Part shown: positions 22,365 through 30,302 of the stretch, in pieces
Position numbering within the stretch: the stretch's first letter is position 1
Layout: each line of letters opens with the position of its first letter
Origin: a virus
Reading direction: 5' to 3' (one strand)
IMG/VR virus record: IMGVR_UViG_3300034760_000017
Span: 1 to 38,071 of that record
DNA: 38,071 nt
Notes under the pieces: model-generated
What the model saw: the letters and a program-made list of their open reading frames with translations, nothing else
Told to the model about the DNA's origin: nothing
The model's database searches: none
Translations under genes and position numbers: made by a program

Positions 22365-22485
22365 CTGTCTATGCGACTGTATCTAAGTAGGCTTTCGAGA
22401 CATACCTAGATAATCGCTACTATACAGCTCCCGCTTACAGGCTGCAACCCCCTCCCCTGCCGACAGGTGGTATACTGCCCTCATA

Positions 22486-22635
22486 ATGCTTAGATTCGCC
22501 CTCGTGGCTTTAATAATCATCTGCGCCCTGATGCTCAGCTACGCCGTGGTGGAGGGGCGGTGGGTGGTCTGCGTCATCTACCTGGCAGTCTGTGTGTTCC
22601 TGTACAACAAGCTTGAGAGGGACGTTTATAAGTAG
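22486..22635 (+). CDS. Small two-TM membrane protein, 49 aa
   Basis: MLRFALVALIIICALMLSYAVVEGRWVVCVIYLAVCVFLY... ATG lies 9 nt after TATACT (22471-22476), no SD. Confidence 0.55.
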   Translation: MLRFALVALIIICALMLSYAVVEGRWVVCVIYLAVCVFLYNKLERDVYK

Positions 22636-22660
22636 GACTATAGGTCGTATACATTATTTT

Positions 22661-22692
22661 GAACAAAGGAAAACCCGCCTGTTACGGCGGGT
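22661..22692 (-). terminator. Intrinsic terminator for the reverse cassette (partly bidirectional)
   Basis: Minus strand: ACCCGCC-GTAACA-GGCGGGT followed by TTTTCCTTTGTTC. Confidence 0.65.
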
Positions 22693-22722
22693 CTTATGGT
22701 GACCGTCTCCAGTACCAGTATA

Positions 22723-22932
22723 TCAGCTGTTGCTGCGCCAGCCGCTGAAGAACGCCGCGGCTCCGGCCAGTAAGGCGAGTATCAGGGCAAAGCGCTGAAG
22801 TATGGCACCGATACCGGCAACTACCGGGATCAGGTTCAGTATATAGGCGATGACCAGTATCACGATGAAGACAATTACTCCCGTGAGTATGGCACGGACG
22901 AGGGCACCGAGTACGCCAGAAGGGAATTGCAT
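22723..22932 (-). CDS. Small multi-TM membrane protein, 69 aa
   Basis: Internal ATG 22930-22932 forms a TAATG junction with the upstream ORF. Two to three hydrophobic helices. Confidence 0.65.
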   Translation of the reverse strand: MQFPSGVLGALVRAILTGVIVFIVILVIAYILNLIPVVAGIGAILQRFALILALLAGAAAFFSGWRSNS

Positions 22933-23090
22933 TACGCCCCTACCCCGCGCGTCCAGCGCACATTGAGGCTGAACACCTCGCTCACCTGCTCGACCCACAG
23001 CACGCGGTCGCCCACGTTGTGCTCGAAGCGCTGTACCGGTTCGATGACTATCTTTTCCGTTGTGCCATCGTTGATCCTGAAGTTCTGCAT
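22932..23090 (-). CDS. Hypothetical soluble protein, 52 aa (MQNFRINDGTTEKIVIEPVQRFEH...)
   Basis: AAAGGAAAC SD 5 nt upstream of ATG 23088-23090. Below the track cutoff. Confidence 0.6.
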   Translation of the reverse strand: MQNFRINDGTTEKIVIEPVQRFEHNVGDRVLWVEQVSEVFSLNVRWTRGVGA

Positions 23091-23111
23091 ATTTGTTTCC
23101 TTTCGTTAGAT

Positions 23112-23133
23112 GATGTAGCTACCTATCACTATA
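23112..23133 (-). promoter_or_regulatory. Probable promoter core for the reverse cassette
   Basis: Minus strand: TATAGTGATAGGTAgcTACATC. It has a TATAGT or TGA-TAGGTA -10 choice plus the TACATC element seen at other promoters. The -35 is unclear. Confidence 0.35.
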
Positions 23134-23175
23134 CACCCTTTCCCCTGTATACATTAATTATATGTAATATTTATA

Positions 23176-23204
23176 TTGACAATCTTTTCTATTATCTATA
23201 CTAT
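23176..23204 (+). promoter_or_regulatory. Promoter TTGACA-N17-TACTAT with TACATC start region
   Basis: TTGACA 23176-23181, 17-nt spacer, TACTAT 23199-23204, then tgaTACATC. Confidence 0.6.
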
Positions 23205-23235
23205 TGATACATCAACAGTAGTAAGGAGGTGGGAT

Positions 23236-23334
23236 ATGGACAGGATACGCAAGATGACGAACAGGATCAAGCCGGGGCAGCATAAGGTTGACATGAACGG
23301 TTTCATTACTTGGTATGAGAAGCAGGATAATTAA
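23236..23334 (+). CDS. Mini-ORF, 32 aa (MDRIRKMTNRIKPGQHKVDMNGFITWYEKQDN)
   Basis: Strong AAGGAGG 6 nt upstream. Confidence 0.55.
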   Translation: MDRIRKMTNRIKPGQHKVDMNGFITWYEKQDN

Positions 23335-23503
23335 GTTGAATAGGATAGATAGGCTCTTCCATAAGATAGAGGGGTTGATAGACCGCCATGTACCTGAGAG
23401 CCACACAGAGCGCCCTGAGTGCGTCGGAACCATACTCTGCGAGCGTACAGGCTGTCGGCACCGTAAGTCGTGCCACGGCAAGCCATTAGGGCTAAAATGG
23501 TAG
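23315..23503 (+). CDS. Hypothetical Cys/His-rich protein, 62 aa
   Basis: Track ORF. 20-nt overlap with the upstream mini-ORF. Confidence 0.5.
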   Translation: MRSRIIKLNRIDRLFHKIEGLIDRHVPESHTERPECVGTILCERTGCRHRKSCHGKPLGLKW

Positions 23504-23582
23504 GATTACGTTACTTAGTGAAATGGCTGCGCACCAAGCGCGTCAGGAAGGAAACCTATTATGGAAAAGGAAAGGACAAACT

Positions 23583-23918
23583 ATGAGTGCCACCCGAAGT
23601 ACGAGCGCTAACCCGAAAGGCCTGAGCCTCGATGAGCTATTGATGAATATACTGGAGACCCGCAACGCACACCTGCCGAACGTGCGGAAGAACATGGTGA
23701 AAAGAATCAAGGCGGTGTATGAGCACGACAGGCTGAAGCGGCTGCAGTTCGAGCAGCCACGCAAGACACTGGAGTATTTGAACAAGGGAAGTCAGGTAAT
23801 GACCGGCCAGGAGTTCGCAGACCGCATGGAAGCCGAGCTGAAGGCCTACCCGTCAGATGAGCCGTACCCGACCTATGTACATGAGGTGATACGGAGAGCG
23901 GCAGGGCTGGACACATGA
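23583..23918 (+). CDS. Hypothetical protein, 111 aa (track alternative start 23523)
   Basis: ATG 23583 follows AAAGGAAAGGA. Confidence 0.7.
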   Translation: MSATRSTSANPKGLSLDELLMNILETRNAHLPNVRKNMVKRIKAVYEHDRLKRLQFEQPRKTLEYLNKGSQVMTGQEFADRMEAELKAYPSDEPYPTYVHEVIRRAAGLDT

Positions 23919-24112
23919 ACCAGATGCCAAGATGGTACCGTAGGCAGGAACTGGAGCATAAGCTGAAAGGTGTGCTAAGTAATCCGTACAGTGACATCTC
24001 ACACGTACAGGCAGCCCGTAAGGCGGTTGATGAAACCCTGGCTAAACAGGACCGGGATTACGAAAACCGGCAGATGAAACTCACTAACAGGTATAAGGAT
24101 TTACTCAAATGA
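23915..24112 (+). CDS. Hypothetical protein, 65 aa
   Basis: ATGA overlaps on both sides. Confidence 0.75.
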   Translation: MNQMPRWYRRQELEHKLKGVLSNPYSDISHVQAARKAVDETLAKQDRDYENRQMKLTNRYKDLLK

Positions 24113-24282
24113 CTGACAAAGCCTACGACCCTAACCCGTCCAGCGAAGCCAATAATTCACACCACAGCGGGGGCTACCGCTCCGAGGAGGAGATGTATGA
24201 GGATTACTTCGGGAAGGGGATAGCTGATCCGGATTTCAGGGGCTACCCGGCCGAGAAAGGAGAAAATTGTGAAGAAGATTAG
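24109..24282 (+). CDS. Hypothetical acidic protein, 57 aa
   Basis: ATGA overlap upstream, AAGGA SD. Below the track cutoff. Confidence 0.55.
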   Translation: MTDKAYDPNPSSEANNSHHSGGYRSEEEMYEDYFGKGIADPDFRGYPAEKGENCEED

Positions 24283-24769
24283 CCTTACTCAAAATCAGTT
24301 TACTTTAGTAGATGACGAAGATTACGAATACCTATCCCAGTGGAAATGGTGCGCTCATAGACAATCACACCGAGCCGGTAAACAGTTTAATGCAGTACGC
24401 AACACCGTGATTAACAGGAAACATACGACTATACTCATGCACCGTTTAATCATGAAACCTCCGGCAGGTACTATCATCGACCATAAAGACGGCAACCCTC
24501 TTAACAACCAGAAAAACAATTTACGGTTTGCCACCCATTCAACAAATGGAGCTAACACCGGTTTGAGACGAAACAATAAGTCAGGCTACAAAGGTGTTCA
24601 TTGGTGTAATCTAACAAATAAATGGTGCGCCCAAATTAGAGTCAAAGGTCAGAGCATAAATCTAGGGAGATTCATAGATATAACAGACGCAGTAGAAGCC
24701 TATAATACGGCGGCTTTAAAACATTACGGGGAATTCGCATATGTCACGCTCGAATCCGACACGGACTGA
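24269..24769 (+). CDS. HNH endonuclease fused to an AP2 DNA-binding domain, 166 aa
   Basis: IIDHKDGNPLNNQKNNLRFATHSTN (HNH_3) and SGYKGVHW...W.A.I...G....LGRF.....A..AYN.AA..HYGEFA (AP2). GTG start after AAAGGAG. Confidence 0.85.
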   Translation: MKKISLTQNQFTLVDDEDYEYLSQWKWCAHRQSHRAGKQFNAVRNTVINRKHTTILMHRLIMKPPAGTIIDHKDGNPLNNQKNNLRFATHSTNGANTGLRRNNKSGYKGVHWCNLTNKWCAQIRVKGQSINLGRFIDITDAVEAYNTAALKHYGEFAYVTLESDTD

Positions 24770-24947
24770 TGAGGATAAGCCGAAGAAAAAGTACTGGATT
24801 GGCTATGATTACGAACCGCCTGTACTGCAATCCGAGGAACCGGTGCATTGGTACACGGCGTACCAACTGGGCTACAGGGCGACAGCGTGGCCGAAACGTG
24901 ATATAGAGATAGATGACGACAGATACAATTTAGTTGAGAAGGAATAG
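24741..24947 (+). CDS. Hypothetical protein, 68 aa
   Basis: Track ORF. 29-nt overlap with the HNH gene end. Confidence 0.6.
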   Translation: MSRSNPTRTDEDKPKKKYWIGYDYEPPVLQSEEPVHWYTAYQLGYRATAWPKRDIEIDDDRYNLVEKE

Positions 24948-24948
24948 C

Positions 24949-25167
24949 ATGATAACCATAGACAAACCAAGCATATACCTCATGTGGGGTGACGAGCTTG
25001 TACAGGTAGTCGGCATATCGGAGGGGAAAGTCATACACATGCAGACCACGCATAAGTGTGAAAAATGCGGGACACCCTATACTCATGAATACAGCTTCAC
25101 AGAAGATAGCCCTTACTTCCAGGAAATGGCCCGGCCAGTTAAGACAATTAAGGAGACACAATCATGA
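24949..25167 (+). CDS. Hypothetical protein, 72 aa, with a CEKC motif
   Basis: ATG after AAGGAA. ATGA overlap downstream. Confidence 0.7.
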   Translation: MITIDKPSIYLMWGDELVQVVGISEGKVIHMQTTHKCEKCGTPYTHEYSFTEDSPYFQEMARPVKTIKETQS

Positions 25168-25250
25168 ACGGACAGAGCGATATAGACATCAACGTGATCC
25201 AGCCGTACTGGCAGGACGTCGTAAGCAAGGGAGGGATATTCAATGTTTGA
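25164..25250 (+). CDS. Mini-ORF, 28 aa
   Basis: AAGGAG 8 nt upstream, ATGA overlap upstream. Confidence 0.45.
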   Translation: MNGQSDIDINVIQPYWQDVVSKGGIFNV

Positions 25251-25407
25251 CAAGGCTGAGTACTGGAAGAACCGGAAGGCCGGTAAACGGGGGCAGGGCG
25301 TAGCGTTCAACCCAATCGGTGGTTATGCCACCACAGTCACCAAACCAGTAAGTAAAAAGGCACTGCTTAAGAACACGAAGCGGGCTAGAAAGGCACAGAA
25401 TGTCTAG
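25243..25407 (+). CDS. Hypothetical basic protein, 54 aa
   Basis: GGGAGGG 7 nt upstream. 8-nt overlaps on both sides. Confidence 0.5.
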   Translation: MFDKAEYWKNRKAGKRGQGVAFNPIGGYATTVTKPVSKKALLKNTKRARKAQNV

Positions 25408-26239
25408 GTCATCGCCCACATTACAAAAACCCAGTTCACGGTACTTCGAGTACAAGGCCGAGAAGGGCATACTCCAGTACTACGACAAGGACAAGGCACA
25501 GACCTTTGAGGTGCCGTTCCCGTTCGAGTTCCTGGTACTGGACGAGCTGAACACCATCACCGGCTATTCCAAGCCCCACCGGGGAAGCCACTACAGCAAC
25601 GAGGTGCGCAACTCCACCAAGGAGCCGTTCACGATCATGCTGAAGGGCCAGCAGGTCTACCACGGCCTGTACAAGAACGAGCAGAAGGTCGTGCAGGTGC
25701 CCCGTGCGGCAACCTACACGAAGTCAATCTATGTCGCCTATAAGGACGGTTCTGACTGGCACATCGGCAACCTCAAGCTGTCGGGCTCAAGCATGAGCGC
25801 CTGGATAGAGTTCACCCAGCACCTGAAGGTACAGGACGCCGGCAAGGTCATCATGACCAAGGGCGAGAAGGTCGAGGGTGAGAAGGGCGACTACTACCCT
25901 GCCGGGTTCAGGTACGTCCGTGAGACCACCGACGAAGAGGACAAGATGGCCTGGAAGCTCGACGAGGTGCTGCAGACCTACCTGAAGCAGTACTTCGCCA
26001 ACCAGGGGACACCAGACGAGGAGCAGGTACCTGAGATGGATTCGGACACCCATACCACCACCGACGACCGCCTGCCGGAGATCATCGCAGGCTCACCGAC
26101 CCGGAGGGCTGATGCCAGTAAACAGGTTGCAGCCAAGGACTATCCGGACGACTCACAGGAGGCATACCAGCGTGCAGCCGTAGACGAGGTGTTCTTCAAC
26201 GACGAGCCATTACCGGATTTGCCACCGGAGATGCGGTAA
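25400..26239 (+). CDS. Hypothetical protein, 279 aa, with a long acidic C-terminal tail (possible ssDNA-binding or annealing role; speculative)
   Basis: Largest ORF of the rightward arm. Asp/Glu-rich last ~90 aa ending DEVFFNDEPLPDLPPEMR. No motif recognised. Confidence 0.8.
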   Translation: MSRSSPTLQKPSSRYFEYKAEKGILQYYDKDKAQTFEVPFPFEFLVLDELNTITGYSKPHRGSHYSNEVRNSTKEPFTIMLKGQQVYHGLYKNEQKVVQVPRAATYTKSIYVAYKDGSDWHIGNLKLSGSSMSAWIEFTQHLKVQDAGKVIMTKGEKVEGEKGDYYPAGFRYVRETTDEEDKMAWKLDEVLQTYLKQYFANQGTPDEEQVPEMDSDTHTTTDDRLPEIIAGSPTRRADASKQVAAKDYPDDSQEAYQRAAVDEVFFNDEPLPDLPPEMR

Positions 26240-26439
26240 TGCCCTTCAAGAAGCGCAGCCCCGACGACCACCCCCTACGCTGGGGGGAGGCCGAGCTTGC
26301 CTATATGGTGGACAGGCTGAAGCGCCCTGACGGCACCATAGCCAACGTGGCCACCATCTACCGCCTGATGGGGTATGACGGGCCGGTCAGCATGAGCTTC
26401 AAGGTGCGGGTGGAGAAGCTGAAGAAGGCGGATACATGA
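26239..26439 (+). CDS. Hypothetical protein, 66 aa
   Basis: TAATG junction upstream, ATGA downstream. Confidence 0.75.
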   Translation: MPFKKRSPDDHPLRWGEAELAYMVDRLKRPDGTIANVATIYRLMGYDGPVSMSFKVRVEKLKKADT

Positions 26440-26642
26440 TAGACGGCGGAATCTATGAAGCCTGCCTGCTTGAGCAGGGCGAGCGACTGGGGATCATACC
26501 CGTGGTCAGCGAGTGTACGTGTAGTGGCATGTGCGATGCCGACGATGCATTTATGCAGGTATGTGACTGCACGGCCGAGCCTGATATCGGGAGCTGGTCA
26601 TGCTCCATGTGCGGCCAGCCCTACCGCCGCTTGCAATCATAA
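26436..26642 (+). CDS. Hypothetical Cys-rich protein, 68 aa
   Basis: Nine Cys residues (CTCSGMC, CDC, CSMC). ATGA overlap upstream. Confidence 0.7.
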   Translation: MIDGGIYEACLLEQGERLGIIPVVSECTCSGMCDADDAFMQVCDCTAEPDIGSWSCSMCGQPYRRLQS

Positions 26643-26708
26643 CCGTTTTCCTGTATAGGTAGGGACAGCGTAAGCTAACACAAAAAACCAAACAAAAAAG
26701 GAATCACC

Positions 26709-26807
26709 ATGGCTCAAAAAATAGCTATCTTCTACAAAGCCCGGCAGGACGCCATCGCGGTACGGCGCTTCTTGACGACTAACCACACGGAACCGCACCT
26801 GCTGTAG
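26709..26807 (+). CDS. Possible mini-ORF, 32 aa
   Basis: AAGGAA 6 nt upstream. Below the track cutoff. Confidence 0.35.
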   Translation: MAQKIAIFYKARQDAIAVRRFLTTNHTEPHLL

Positions 26808-26842
26808 CATTAAGTAGCTATAAGCGGTATAATCCATCTTAT

Positions 26843-27175
26843 ATGAAACAATTGCCCAAACTCCCCAAATTACCAAAGTTAAGTAAACGTGTCCTGATCG
26901 GACTGGCCATAGCCCTGGCGCTCCTCGTACTGTTCAGCGTAGCCGTGGCCTCACAAGTCAAGGCTGAGCGCTCACAGAAGGCTCAGGAGCAGGCTAGAGT
27001 CCTAGGCGAGCAGCAGAAGATTGACGAGCTGAAGACGCGCCTGATGGCGGCTGAGACACGCGCCAGCGCAGCCACAGACCGCTCGGAGCAGATTTGTTCC
27101 TGGGTTCGCTCCGTAGCCTATGACCGGGCAGGCCGCAAAGTCAGCCCACCGCTCTGCACTCCCGCTAAGCAGTAG
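26843..27175 (+). CDS. Membrane-anchored coiled-coil protein, 110 aa, with an N-terminal LPKLPKLPKL repeat
   Basis: ATG lies 9 nt after a perfect TATAAT (26828-26833), no SD. One TM helix, then a Gln/Glu/Lys-rich helix. Confidence 0.7.
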   Translation: MKQLPKLPKLPKLSKRVLIGLAIALALLVLFSVAVASQVKAERSQKAQEQARVLGEQQKIDELKTRLMAAETRASAATDRSEQICSWVRSVAYDRAGRKVSPPLCTPAKQ

Positions 27176-27187
27176 GGGACTACTTGT

Positions 27188-27466
27188 ATGGACTACGTTG
27201 ACGTCATACTCAGAACGCCGTATTACACCTATCAGCTACTGGTAGGTGTTTTCACTTTCACCGTCGGCTTGCCTTGGCCCCCGGCTACGCAGATATTCGG
27301 GTCGGCCGTGGTATTCATACTCCTGTACCCGCTGAAGCTCGTCATGGGGCTGATACTGCCTGAGAAGGCCATCAAGCGCCGGGTGTATCGGCGCAGGGGC
27401 AAGCTGGAGCCGACTAGCGCCGAGCACAGCGCCGGGGCAAGTGCCGTCGGCTCAATCTTCCACTAG
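27188..27466 (+). CDS. Two-TM membrane protein with a basic C-terminus, 92 aa (holin-like topology)
   Basis: AGGGGA SD. Its TAG stop shares the CTAG tetranucleotide with the convergent minus-strand gene. Confidence 0.65.
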   Translation: MDYVDVILRTPYYTYQLLVGVFTFTVGLPWPPATQIFGSAVVFILLYPLKLVMGLILPEKAIKRRVYRRRGKLEPTSAEHSAGASAVGSIFH

Positions 27467-27996
27467 TCCTGTCGGCGCCACATGGTAGCGTCTACCTGCC
27501 GTGGCTGTGCCTGTATACGGGTGGTGACAGGAGTGGGAACCTCCGTGGGTAACGGATTTGACACTTCTGTAACCGGGGTGTCTACTATGCCGTCTATCAG
27601 CTGGTCAGTGATGTGTATCTTACTGGCCCGGCGTTTTGCCAAGTACTGCTTAGCGCCCTTGGAGAAGGCGTAGAGTCCGGTAGCGAATACGATGACATCT
27701 GACCAGTGGTTACCGAAGAATGACAGGAACATCGCGGGATCGACACCGAAACCGACGACCAAGCCGACAAATGCCCCGATATTAAGGACAACCGAATAGA
27801 ACCATAGGTTCAGGGTAATCACCCAGTCCTCAAGCTTATCAAGATGTTTCCTTAACTGCCTGCGCTTCACCCAGGAGATGATGCCGACCAGTACCCCGGA
27901 AGCACCCAGTATCGCCCCGAATGTGTACCACTGCTGGGCGGTGACGGCACCGAGCCATATATGCCAGTAGCTGATTAATGCCTGTAACTTGTCCAT
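27463..27996 (-). CDS. Multi-TM membrane protein, 177 aa; holin candidate
   Basis: Immediately downstream of the CHAP lysin (2-nt gap). About four hydrophobic helices and a charged tail. Confidence 0.6.
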   Translation of the reverse strand: MDKLQALISYWHIWLGAVTAQQWYTFGAILGASGVLVGIISWVKRRQLRKHLDKLEDWVITLNLWFYSVVLNIGAFVGLVVGFGVDPAMFLSFFGNHWSDVIVFATGLYAFSKGAKQYLAKRRASKIHITDQLIDGIVDTPVTEVSNPLPTEVPTPVTTRIQAQPRQVDATMWRRQD

Positions 27997-27998
27997 GG

Positions 27999-29558
27999 TT
28001 AGCTCACCTTATCCTTCCTCTTAGTTGCCCCTGCCTTGAAACCGTCGATGACCTTCCGGGTGTTGATGCGCTTGACCGTCTTGGCCGTGACGTCCGCGAT
28101 CTGCACGTATGTCTCCTTGAAACGTCCACCGAAATCTATCATCAGCTCCGTGATGTCCTCGATGTCGAACTTGCCGTTGCCGAGGTGCGTCACTGGCTCC
28201 GGCACCGTCTTCTGCTCCTGTACGGGCTTCAGCATCGACATGGGCAGCGCGTAGTAGCGTCCTGACTTATGCAGCACCTCGTCCTGGGCGTAGGTAGTCC
28301 GTCCGTCCGGGCCTACGAAGGTGGTGACCAGCTGCATCTCTATGCCGGGGTCGAGTTCGAGCACCTGCGGCTCCTTGCCGTCCAGTGCCTTGATCTTCAC
28401 CCGGACGCTGTTGGAACTCCTGTAGGCAACAGGGGTGTAGGCGGTGTTGAACGGGCTGATGACGATGGGGTGCCACTGCCTGAGCACGGCGGGTACGTCA
28501 GTTGGTATGTCACGGGCAGCCTCTTTGATAACCTTCTCAAGCCGGGGCGGCAGTTCCTCTATAGGGGCGGGCTTGGGTGGCTCCGGTAGCACGTTGTCGT
28601 CGATGTTCACCCACTGGAAGCGGTCGTGCATGTTGTGGTCGCTGAGGTTATAGGCCTTCTCGCGCTCCGCGATGACGTAGTAGCCCTCGGGGTCGCTGGA
28701 CGGCTCCAGGGGCTTGGCGGTGCCGTTATGCATCAGGGCGGCGGTGGCGGTCTCGAAGGCCATGACGGTGGTTATAAGCTTGTAGCGCTTGGCGGGCTTG
28801 TATTCGACCGGTTTGGCCGGGGGAGCCGGTACGGGGGGCGTGTAGTCCTCGCAGTCGGCCACGTTGATGCCGCCGAGGTCATTCCCATCTACTAAATAAT
28901 AGCTGTGGCCGTTGTCGTGGCTCAGCTGCATGGTGACGGTGAAGATGCGGCCGGGGTGGATCGGCTCTACCGGGCGACTTGCCATGTCCTCGAAGGTGCG
29001 GCGCTTGACGTCCCATCTGTTGGACTGTTTATTGATTCGTATCTGACGCGCGGGGAAGAAGGTCGCGGCGATGCGGAAGGGGTCGGGGAGGATAGGAGGG
29101 GGAGGGGGTGCGATAACGATAGGTTGCAGTACCCCGGCGATGCGGGAGCGCTTCAGCCTGCGGACACCGACCTCGTTGCGGTGGCTGCCGTCAGGGTGCG
29201 CCAGCCCGTCAGCGCCGCCGTAGCCGTTCTGTTCCAGTATCTCGACGTTGCTGCCGTCGATCCAGCCGGTGGCGACGCCGATATGGCCGTCGCCCTGGTA
29301 GTCGTCGCGTCCGGAGGTCTTGAATATGACGATGTCGCCCTTCACGGGGTTGTCTATCTGCTGGCGCCTGAAGCGCTGGAGCAGGGGGGCGCTGGTACCC
29401 GTCCAGTAGTCGATGGCGTTGCCGCGTACCCCGGAGCTGATGCCGTAGCACTCGCGCAGGTACTGCAGTATCAGATCAACGCACTGGCTGCCGAATACCC
29501 CGTCGTAGTTGACTGAACGTCCCTGCCAGTCGTGCCTGAAAGTGTCGAATGTCTTCAT
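27999..29558 (-). CDS. CHAP-domain peptidoglycan hydrolase (endolysin or virion lysin), 519 aa
   Basis: N-terminal FGSQCVDL (Cys), GHIGVATG (His) and ILEQN triad pattern of CHAP. Long C-terminal region of unknown fold. Confidence 0.8.
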   Translation of the reverse strand: MKTFDTFRHDWQGRSVNYDGVFGSQCVDLILQYLRECYGISSGVRGNAIDYWTGTSAPLLQRFRRQQIDNPVKGDIVIFKTSGRDDYQGDGHIGVATGWIDGSNVEILEQNGYGGADGLAHPDGSHRNEVGVRRLKRSRIAGVLQPIVIAPPPPPILPDPFRIAATFFPARQIRINKQSNRWDVKRRTFEDMASRPVEPIHPGRIFTVTMQLSHDNGHSYYLVDGNDLGGINVADCEDYTPPVPAPPAKPVEYKPAKRYKLITTVMAFETATAALMHNGTAKPLEPSSDPEGYYVIAEREKAYNLSDHNMHDRFQWVNIDDNVLPEPPKPAPIEELPPRLEKVIKEAARDIPTDVPAVLRQWHPIVISPFNTAYTPVAYRSSNSVRVKIKALDGKEPQVLELDPGIEMQLVTTFVGPDGRTTYAQDEVLHKSGRYYALPMSMLKPVQEQKTVPEPVTHLGNGKFDIEDITELMIDFGGRFKETYVQIADVTAKTVKRINTRKVIDGFKAGATKRKDKVS

Positions 29559-29571
29559 AACTCTTATGCTG

Positions 29572-29682
29572 TTAGTGTATCACAAACGCGTCCATGTAGT
29601 GTGCGGCCACGAAGCAGAGCGCTAGTAGGGGGTAGAGCGTCAGTATGGGGTGTGCCCGTACGGTATCCATCAGCCTGCTCAT
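29572..29682 (-). CDS. Hydrophobic micro-protein, 36 aa
   Basis: ATGA overlap with the stop of the upstream gene (29679-29682). MSRLMDTVRAHPILTLYPLLALCFVAAHYMDAFVIH. Confidence 0.45.
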   Translation of the reverse strand: MSRLMDTVRAHPILTLYPLLALCFVAAHYMDAFVIH

Positions 29683-30284
29683 GGCTGGGCTACCAGCAGT
29701 CCCCACCAGAAGGTTTCTGTAGCCACGGCGGCGCTGGCGGTGTTGCTGACTGCCCGGAGCTTGATGGTGTGCGCCCCGGCCGTGAGGGTGAGGCGCTGCG
29801 ACTTGGAGATGGCGATGTAGACGTTCTTGCCCGCGCCGAGGGCGTCAGTCCGGGTGTAGGCGGCGGCCCCGGTGTCCACCGTGTCCAGGTTGACCAGTAT
29901 CTGGGCGTCCACCGCCCCGGCCGTGCCGTTGACCTGAAGGGTCGCCCCGTAGGTGATGATCAGGTAGCTGGCGACGTCGCAGGTGAAGGTGACAGAGGAC
30001 GAGCCGACGTCGCCGGTGGTGGTGGGTATCGGGTTGACGGTCAGGCCGGAGGCGCCCAGCGTGGTCAGCTGGGCCTTGCGCGAGGTGACGGCCTTGTCGG
30101 CTACCTTGGCTACCGTGACGCCACTGTCAGCCAGCTTGGCGCCGTCGATGGCCGCACCGGCCTTGATGTTGTTGTTGTCGATGTTGCCGTTGAACTCGTT
30201 GGCGAGCGTCGTCAGCGGTGTGTTGTAGTCCGCGACCTCGCCGGTGGTACCGTCAGAGGGCAATGTGAGGGAGACTGTGCCCAT
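29679..30284 (-). CDS. Short tail fiber or receptor-binding-like protein, 201 aa
   Basis: N-terminus LPSDGTTGEVADYN...NGNIDNNNIKAGAAIDGAKL resembles phage fiber N-termini. Beta-rich Thr/Ala/Val C-terminus. Confidence 0.55.
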   Translation of the reverse strand: MGTVSLTLPSDGTTGEVADYNTPLTTLANEFNGNIDNNNIKAGAAIDGAKLADSGVTVAKVADKAVTSRKAQLTTLGASGLTVNPIPTTTGDVGSSSVTFTCDVASYLIITYGATLQVNGTAGAVDAQILVNLDTVDTGAAAYTRTDALGAGKNVYIAISKSQRLTLTAGAHTIKLRAVSNTASAAVATETFWWGLLVAQP

Positions 30285-30302
30285 TTAGTTGTTTCCTTCC
30301 AT

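Noticed and set aside
26637-26876. 79-aa minus-strand ORF overlapping the 26843 gene start
   Set aside because: It overlaps the TATAAT promoter, the start of the plus-strand membrane protein and the end of the Cys-rich gene. It has no SD and opposes the operon flow.
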